Source: Terriglobia bacterium (lineage in GTDB: Bacteria; Acidobacteriota; Terriglobia; Bryobacterales; Bryobacteraceae). From it: 12,257 nucleotides of DNA. Positions 7,032 to 12,257 of the stretch are shown here, piece after piece (position 1 is the first letter of the stretch; each line of letters begins with the position of its first letter). Location: positions 1 through 12,257 of the forward strand of contig JAENWC010000392.1 of assembly GCA_016650235.1 (NCBI GenBank), read 5' to 3'. Position numbers and translations under genes: made by a program. The notes beneath the pieces were generated by a model. It was not told the DNA's origin. It did not search any database and saw only the letters and a list, made by a program, of their open reading frames with translations.

Positions 7032-9901
7032 CGCCGGAAGGGCGAGAGAGGATCTCCGAACTATTCGAGGCGGCGCTCGAGCGAGAACCGAACGAGCGAG
7101 ACGAGTTCCTCGAGGAAAGTTGCAGCGATGAGGAGATTCGGACTGAAGTCAAGTCATTACTCGCCGAACACGAGAAGGCGGGAAATTTCATGAAAGAACC
7201 GGTGCTCGCATCGGAGCGTGCACTGTTTGCATCGGCCCAGTCCTTGGCACATCCCGCAATTGGCGAGGTTGCTTACCGCCAGCTCAGCGAGCGATACGAG
7301 ATCCTGGCTGAGGTTGGCCGCGGCGGAATGGCTATCGTCTATAAAGCCCGCGACCGCATCACTGGCGAAATTGTGGCCCTTAAGATTTTGAAACCGGAGG
7401 TGGCCTCCGACCAGGTCGCCATGGAGCGGTTTAAGAACGAACTACGTCTAGCCCGCAAGATAACGCACAAGAACGTGTGCCGCATCCACGAATTCAGTCT
7501 GATTGACGGTACGGCATACATTTCGATGGAGTTTGTCGAAGGGGAAAGCTTGCGCGAGATCTTGAGGCGTTTTGGCGGGCTGTCTCTTCGCAAGGGAATC
7601 GAAGTTGCTCTCCAGATTTGCGACGGACTTCAGGAAGCCCATAGCCAGAAAGTAGTCCACCGCGACCTCAAGCCGGGAAATATCATGATCGATCGATCGG
7701 GACACGCTAAAGTCATGGATTTTGGCATCGCTCGCTCCGTGGAGACAGGCGTTAACACTGGAACCGCAGTCATCGGGACACCAGCCTATATGGCTCCGGA
7801 ACAAGCACAGGGTAAGAACATCGATGATCGAACCGACATTTATTCCCTGGGACTAATTCTTTACGAAATCTTTACCGGGAAACCGGCTTTCACCGGTGAC
7901 ACCCCAGTTTCAGTTGCCCTCAAGCAAATCAACGAAATACCGCGCTGTCCTCGTGAGCTCGAACCCACGATTCCTCTCCAGATCGAGAAGGTAATTCTCC
8001 GATGCGTGGAGAAGGACCCAGCCAACCGCTATCAAACCTTGAGCGAATGGAAATCGTCATGGACCAAAGAATCTGCTGTAATCTCACCCGTCCTCCCCAG
8101 CCTTGTTCTGCATAAGAGGTGGCTGATTTACCTGGTCCTGGCCTCGTTGGCCCTGGTCGCCGCCATCACTGGCATTGTCGTCTGGAACCTGAAGCCCTCC
8201 GTAGCAGGCCAGCCGTCTGTGGCGCGCATTACGGTGGATCTTCCGCCGGGTGAACGGCTGGCCGGGTTGGGGCTGTCCGCTCTCACCGTTTCTCCGAAAG
8301 GCAGCGAACTCGCATATGTCGCTAAACGAAACGGTATCCAGCAACTCTTCCGTCGGGCACTCGATAGTCAAGAAAGTAAACCCGTCTCTGGCACGGAAGG
8401 TGCACTCAGCCCCTTCTACTCACCAGACGGTCAATCATTGGGTTTTTGTGCAGATGGAAAGCTGAAAACAGTCGCAGTTAACGGGGGTGCCCCAGTGGTA
8501 TTGGCGCCTGTGTTCTCTGGTTGTGGGGGAAGTTGGGGGAATGCCGGCCAAATCATTTTTTCTCCGAGTTGGACAGCCGGACTTATGCAAGTTTCGGCTC
8601 TGGGTGGCATGCCGAAAGCCCTCACAGCGCTTGATCGAGAACGGGGTGAAGGAGGCCACCGCTTTCCTCACCATTTGCCGGGTGGCAGGGCATTGCTTTT
8701 CACCGTCGGGACGGGTGGCAGTTGGGATGACGCGCGGATTGAAGTGCTACGGCCCGATACCGGCCAGAGAAAACTCCTGATTAATGGGGGTAGTGATGCC
8801 CGTTACGTCCACACAGGTCACATCGTTTTTGTGCGAGGGGCGACTCTTTTGGCGGTGCCGTTTGATCTGGCGCGGTTGGAGGTTACGGGTCCCCCAATGC
8901 AAATCCTCGAGGGGGTTATGCCCTCAGTTGATAAAACGGGAGCGGCACAGTTTGGTTTTTCCAATGCTGGTTGGTTGGTGTACGCACCAGGGAATTTACA
9001 CGCAGAGGAACGGCAACTCGTTTGGGTGGATCGTTCAGGCGCGGAACAAGCATTCCCGCTGCCGCCCCGTCCTTACACTGATATTAAACTCTCTCCGGAC
9101 GGCCACCGTCTGGCTCTAAGTATTGATGAAGGAAACAAGGCGGATATTTGGCTATACGAGGTTTCTCGCGCCGTACTCACGAGGCAATCATTTGCCGCCA
9201 CTAATAGTGCTTCTACTTGGACTCCAGACGGGAAGAAGATAGCGTATTATTCCGACAGAGACGGGCAATGGAATCTCTATTGGAGTGCAGCCGATGGGAG
9301 CGGGGTTGAAGAGCGGCTCACGTCAAGCGAATCCCCCCAAATTCCCTGGTCGTGGTCCCCGGATGGTCAGCTCCTGGCCTATTCAGAAAGTCACCCAACC
9401 ACAGGGATCGATATTTCGGTGCTATCTCTCAGAGATGGCCGGAAGGCACAACCTTTCCTTCGGACTCCGTTCAACGAAGATGCACCCGTGTTTTCGCCCG
9501 ATGGTCGCTGGCTTGCCTATCAATCCAATGAGTCCGGCCGCAATGAAGTTTACGTGCAGCCCTATCCCGGCCCCGGCGGGAAGTGGATGATTTCATCAGA
9601 AGGGGGAGTGAAGCCGCTGTGGGCATCGGATGGGCGGGAGCTGTTTTACCGTAATGGCGACAAGATGATGGTGGTTAAAGTGGCGACTCGGCCTGAATTT
9701 CGTGCTGCGAAACCGGAGATGCTTTTTGAGGGAGACTATAAGGATGATCCAACAGGCCCGCAGTACGACGTGACGCCCACTGGAAGGCGGTTCGTAATGA
9801 TGAAAGAAAGTGACCTCGTAGCCGCCGCTACAAAACTCAACGTCGTCCTGAACTGGTTCGAAGAGGTGAAACGGAAAGTGCCGGCGAAATATCCGAGATG
9901 A
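7028..9901 (+). CDS. Hanks-type Ser/Thr protein kinase with an ECF-associated N-terminal motif, one TM helix and a C-terminal TolB-like (PD40/WD40-like) beta-propeller
   Basis: ATG 7028 overlaps the sigma stop (ATGA) and AGGAAG lies 4 nt upstream. The N-terminus is RISELFEAALEREPNERDEFLEESCSDEEIRTEVKSLLAEHE. Kinase motifs are GRGGMAIVYKA, VALKIL, HRDLKPGNIM, DFGIAR and GTPAYMAPE. The TM helix is WLIYLVLASLALVAAITGIVVW. The periplasmic region has repeated SPDG/TPDG motifs (YSPDGQSL, LSPDGHRLA, WTPDGKKIAY, WSPDGQLLAY, FSPDGRWLAY). Confidence 0.9.
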   Translation: MTPEGRERISELFEAALEREPNERDEFLEESCSDEEIRTEVKSLLAEHEKAGNFMKEPVLASERALFASAQSLAHPAIGEVAYRQLSERYEILAEVGRGGMAIVYKARDRITGEIVALKILKPEVASDQVAMERFKNELRLARKITHKNVCRIHEFSLIDGTAYISMEFVEGESLREILRRFGGLSLRKGIEVALQICDGLQEAHSQKVVHRDLKPGNIMIDRSGHAKVMDFGIARSVETGVNTGTAVIGTPAYMAPEQAQGKNIDDRTDIYSLGLILYEIFTGKPAFTGDTPVSVALKQINEIPRCPRELEPTIPLQIEKVILRCVEKDPANRYQTLSEWKSSWTKESAVISPVLPSLVLHKRWLIYLVLASLALVAAITGIVVWNLKPSVAGQPSVARITVDLPPGERLAGLGLSALTVSPKGSELAYVAKRNGIQQLFRRALDSQESKPVSGTEGALSPFYSPDGQSLGFCADGKLKTVAVNGGAPVVLAPVFSGCGGSWGNAGQIIFSPSWTAGLMQVSALGGMPKALTALDRERGEGGHRFPHHLPGGRALLFTVGTGGSWDDARIEVLRPDTGQRKLLINGGSDARYVHTGHIVFVRGATLLAVPFDLARLEVTGPPMQILEGVMPSVDKTGAAQFGFSNAGWLVYAPGNLHAEERQLVWVDRSGAEQAFPLPPRPYTDIKLSPDGHRLALSIDEGNKADIWLYEVSRAVLTRQSFAATNSASTWTPDGKKIAYYSDRDGQWNLYWSAADGSGVEERLTSSESPQIPWSWSPDGQLLAYSESHPTTGIDISVLSLRDGRKAQPFLRTPFNEDAPVFSPDGRWLAYQSNESGRNEVYVQPYPGPGGKWMISSEGGVKPLWASDGRELFYRNGDKMMVVKVATRPEFRAAKPEMLFEGDYKDDPTGPQYDVTPTGRRFVMMKESDLVAAATKLNVVLNWFEEVKRKVPAKYPR

Positions 9902-9937
9902 CCGTCGAAAGTAGCCTCTTTAACCGCTACTCGACGG
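9902..9937 (+). terminator. Hairpin immediately after the kinase stop; possible intrinsic terminator with a weak U-tract
   Basis: The stem is CCGTCGA-aa-GTAGC, the loop is ctctttaacc, and the return arm is GCTAC-TCGACGG (12 bp with a 2-nt bulge). It is followed by ATAGTTTG. Confidence 0.35.
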
Positions 9938-10180
9938 ATAGTTTGCCACCGCAGTAGAAACGGTCTCTCGGGTCTGAGGGTTGCTCAGTGGACCCTTACG
10001 ACGCATCCGGACGCTATCTTCCGAGTTCTGGTCCAGTCGGCTTCTGGGAAGTTGCGGATCACTTGGCTTGTTTGGCGACCTATAGAAGTGCGGCAATTCG
10101 ATCAAATTCTCGAACACCGTAATGGGAGGTGCCGGGAAGCCACCTGTTAAGTGAACAACAGTGGTGTTAGCCTGTAGAGC

Positions 10181-11599
10181 ATGACTCGCATCGGTCCCAC
10201 CTTCACCCGGCGATCCTTGCTGGCGGCCCCAGCTTTGCTGCTGGCCCAGAAATCGGCGCCGGAGCGGCCGAACATTCTCTTCATCGCCTCCGATGACATG
10301 AACAACAATCTCGGCTGCTACGGCCACCCTGTGGTCAAGTCGCCCAATCTCGATCGCCTTGCGGCGGAGGGCGTGCGCTTTGACCGCGCCTATTGCCAGT
10401 ACCCCGTATGCGGCCCTTCCCGCGCGTCGTTGCTGACCGGCCTGCGGCCCGATTCCACGAGAATTTTCGAGAACAATATCGCGGTTCGCGAGAAGATGCC
10501 GGATGTGGTTACGCTGCCGCAGTTGTTCAAGAACAATGGATGGCATTCGGTGCGCGCGGGCAAGATGTATCACATGGACGTGCCGGGGTCGGTGGGCACC
10601 AACAAGTGGGACGATCCACCGAGTTGGGATGTGTCGATCAGCCCGCCGGGCAAGGAACAGCACACAGTTGGTGAAGGACGGAACATCACGGAAGGCAGAA
10701 GGGCGCGTTGGGAGTGGGTGTCCTTCCAGGGCGAGGGCAAGGATCAGGCCGACGACCGCGCCTCGGAAATCGCGATGGAAACGATGGCCGCGAAGAACGG
10801 CAAGCCGTGGTTCCTGGGACTTGGGTATCTGCGCCCGCACGTGCCTCACGTGGCCCCTGCGCGATTCTTCGATCTCTATCCGCTGAGCCAGATTCAAACC
10901 GTAGTGAATCCACCCGGTGACCTGGATGATATTCCATTGGCCAGCGAGATCACCATCAACACGCGGGCCAAAGACATGGGCATGAACGAAGCGGAAAAGA
11001 AGGAGGCGATTCGCGCCTACTACGCCTCCATCTCGTACATGGACTGGCAGGTCGGCCGCGTGATTGGGGAACTGGAAAAGCGCAATCTCAGGCGCAACAC
11101 GGTCATTGTCTTTTGGGGCGACCATGGCTGGCATCTGGGCGAGCATCACCGCTGGCACAAGCGCAGCCTGTTTGAGGAGTCCATGCGCGCCCCGCTCATC
11201 ATTTCCGCGCAGGGACGCAAGGGCAACGGAAAATCGTCCCAATCATTGGTGGAGTTTGTCGATATTTATCCAACCGTGGCGGAACTCGGCGGATTGCGCC
11301 CGCCGCCTAATCTGGAAGGGCAAAGCATGGTTCCCTTGCTCGACAATCCGGGGCGGGCCTTTAAGAAGGCCGCCTTCAGCGTTGTGACAGCGCCGGACGG
11401 GATCATGGGACGGGCGGCCGTAACCGATCGGCACCGCTATATTCGCTGGACGGGGCCGCATCCGGACGAAGAACTCTTTGACCATAAGAACGACCCAAGG
11501 GAGTTCACCAATCTAGCGCGAATGCGGGAACACGCGGCCTTGCTGCAGCGTATGCGGGCGGTGATGGATGCCGGGTGGCGCGGCGCGAAGGCCACCTGA
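10181..11599 (+). CDS. Tat-exported type I sulfatase, iduronate-2-sulfatase-like
   Basis: FTRRSLLAAPALL is a twin-arginine motif. FIASDDMNNNLGCYG is the metal-binding site. CGPSRASLLTG is the CxPxR formylglycine signature. GWHSVRAGKMYH, LGYLRPHVPH and VIVFWGDHGWHLGEH are further sulfatase motifs. The long antisense ORF 9920..11242 is rejected. Confidence 0.9.
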   Translation: MTRIGPTFTRRSLLAAPALLLAQKSAPERPNILFIASDDMNNNLGCYGHPVVKSPNLDRLAAEGVRFDRAYCQYPVCGPSRASLLTGLRPDSTRIFENNIAVREKMPDVVTLPQLFKNNGWHSVRAGKMYHMDVPGSVGTNKWDDPPSWDVSISPPGKEQHTVGEGRNITEGRRARWEWVSFQGEGKDQADDRASEIAMETMAAKNGKPWFLGLGYLRPHVPHVAPARFFDLYPLSQIQTVVNPPGDLDDIPLASEITINTRAKDMGMNEAEKKEAIRAYYASISYMDWQVGRVIGELEKRNLRRNTVIVFWGDHGWHLGEHHRWHKRSLFEESMRAPLIISAQGRKGNGKSSQSLVEFVDIYPTVAELGGLRPPPNLEGQSMVPLLDNPGRAFKKAAFSVVTAPDGIMGRAAVTDRHRYIRWTGPHPDEELFDHKNDPREFTNLARMREHAALLQRMRAVMDAGWRGAKAT

Positions 11600-11748
11600 T
11601 TCACCGGCTACAGTCACCCTTTTTCAGCGAGCCATCGTGCATGGACGGCGCGGTGCGAGCCTTCGCGCAGGGTTGGGGTTTTGAAGCTTCCGTTTCCGGC
11701 GCTGGGATCGGTGAGGGCGCCCTCGCGCCAGTTAATCGCAGACGGAGC

Positions 11749-11964
11749 TTACCGCGGCTTCCGCTGTTCGCGCTGCCGAGCCATCTCGTCGAAGATTTCG
11801 TCGACCGTCTTCCTGCCGAGTACCGCCTCTGCCAAGTTCCGGTGGGCTTTCATGTCGAAAATGGGCTCGCGCAACAGGTCGCGTTTGACGTCTGGATAGC
11901 CTGGACGGTCGCGCGGCACGATACGGTCAAACTCTTCTTCGAAGCCCGCCCAACTGCGTTTCAT
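11749..11964 (-). CDS. Small hypothetical protein, 71 aa (charged, probably helical); function unknown, with a weak resemblance to AbrB/VapB-type antitoxin C-termini
   Basis: ATG is at 11964..11962 and TAA at 11751..11749. The composition is protein-like (MKRSWAGFEEEFDRIVPRDRPGYPDVKRDLLREPIFDMKAHRNLAEAVLGRKTVDEIFDEMARQREQRKPR). The third codon position is GC-rich. No SD is present and it overlaps the plus ORF 11575..12003, so the call is tentative. Confidence 0.35.
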   Translation of the reverse strand: MKRSWAGFEEEFDRIVPRDRPGYPDVKRDLLREPIFDMKAHRNLAEAVLGRKTVDEIFDEMARQREQRKPR

Positions 11965-12048
11965 GAATGCATCGAAGATTCGGGAATACGCAGAGGGGAA
12001 TGAGGGTGAAGACCAACCATGTACAGATTCTTGGCAACACCGCTCTAT

Positions 12049-12077
12049 TATGATGCAGATCAGGGGGTTGCATCATA
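12049..12077. repeat. Perfect 9-bp inverted repeat TATGATGCA - 11 nt - TGCATCATA (operator-like)
   Basis: Read directly at 12049-12057 and 12069-12077. It lies in an AT-rich stretch between the candidate promoter and the small ORF. Confidence 0.5.
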
Positions 12078-12091
12078 TAAGTGAATCGAAT

Positions 12092-12120
12092 ATGATATGG
12101 TTGAATTATAAATTTGCCAA
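12092..12120 (-). promoter_or_regulatory. Sigma70-like promoter on the minus strand: -35 TTGGCA, 17-nt spacer, -10 TATCAT
   Basis: The -35 is the complement of 12115-12120 (plus tgccaa). The -10 is the complement of 12092-12097 (plus atgata). The spacer is 12098-12114, 17 nt. It points toward the 9-bp IR and the small ORF at 11964. Confidence 0.3.
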
Positions 12121-12123
12121 ATT
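12111..12123. repeat. Palindrome AATTTG-C-CAAATT overlapping the candidate -35
   Basis: Read directly. Confidence 0.4.
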
Positions 12124-12257
12124 CATCTTCTCCAGGCATACTGGTGCAGTAGCCTCGGTGCGCGGAGTAACAGGCCGCCACCGGGGCACAATCAGGAACT
12201 GCGCGGCAGAGTCAAATGCTCCACGCCGCAGTTCCAAACCACTTGCCTGAACATGGA

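Noticed and set aside
9920-11242. 440-aa minus-strand ORF
   Set aside because: It is antisense to the sulfatase, which has every family signature, and is Arg/His-rich.
11575-12003. 142-aa plus-strand ORF overlapping the sulfatase stop and the small minus ORF
   Set aside because: It starts inside the sulfatase 3' end and has Arg/Pro-rich odd composition. The opposite-strand 71-aa frame has more gene-like composition and a promoter/operator leader. This rejection is tentative.
11927-12250. 84-aa minus-strand and 95-aa plus-strand ORFs across the AT-rich region
   Set aside because: These read through an AT-rich, palindrome-dense region and have Cys/His/Trp-rich composition. The region is more plausibly regulatory than coding.

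Overview
High-GC bacterial chromosomal window. The gene content (ECF sigma factor linked to a Ser/Thr kinase with a beta-propeller sensor, a Tat sulfatase, PSCyt-like c-type cytochrome domains) suggests an Acidobacteria- or Planctomycetes-like origin; this is an inference, not verified. Read left to right:

- **1..2485:** a tandem cluster of three paralogous genes on the + strand. The first, 5'-truncated by the window edge, encodes a secreted c-type cytochrome domain (CxxCH) fused to a PHM/DBH-like two-copper monooxygenase core. The two copies after it are progressively decayed derivatives.
- **2488..6297:** a minus-strand block with different codon usage. It holds an orphan 207-aa protein, a flotillin/SPFH protein with 4-5 tandem N-terminal repeats, and an APC amino-acid permease remnant with an in-frame deletion of its core.
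- **6459..9901:** an ECF sigma factor translationally coupled (ATGA overlap) to a Hanks-type Ser/Thr kinase. The kinase has one TM helix and a TolB-like beta-propeller.
- **9902..9937:** a hairpin that may be a terminator.
- **10181..11599:** a Tat-exported iduronate-2-sulfatase-like sulfatase.
- **11749..12130:** a small 71-aa ORF on the minus strand, behind an AT-rich leader that carries a sigma70-like promoter and two palindromes.

No tRNA, rRNA, CRISPR array or recognisable transposase/integrase was seen. The most novel-looking item is the heme c - copper monooxygenase fusion and its decayed tandem copies. Next are the repeat-amplified flotillin and the possible small foreign insertion carrying the orphan gene.
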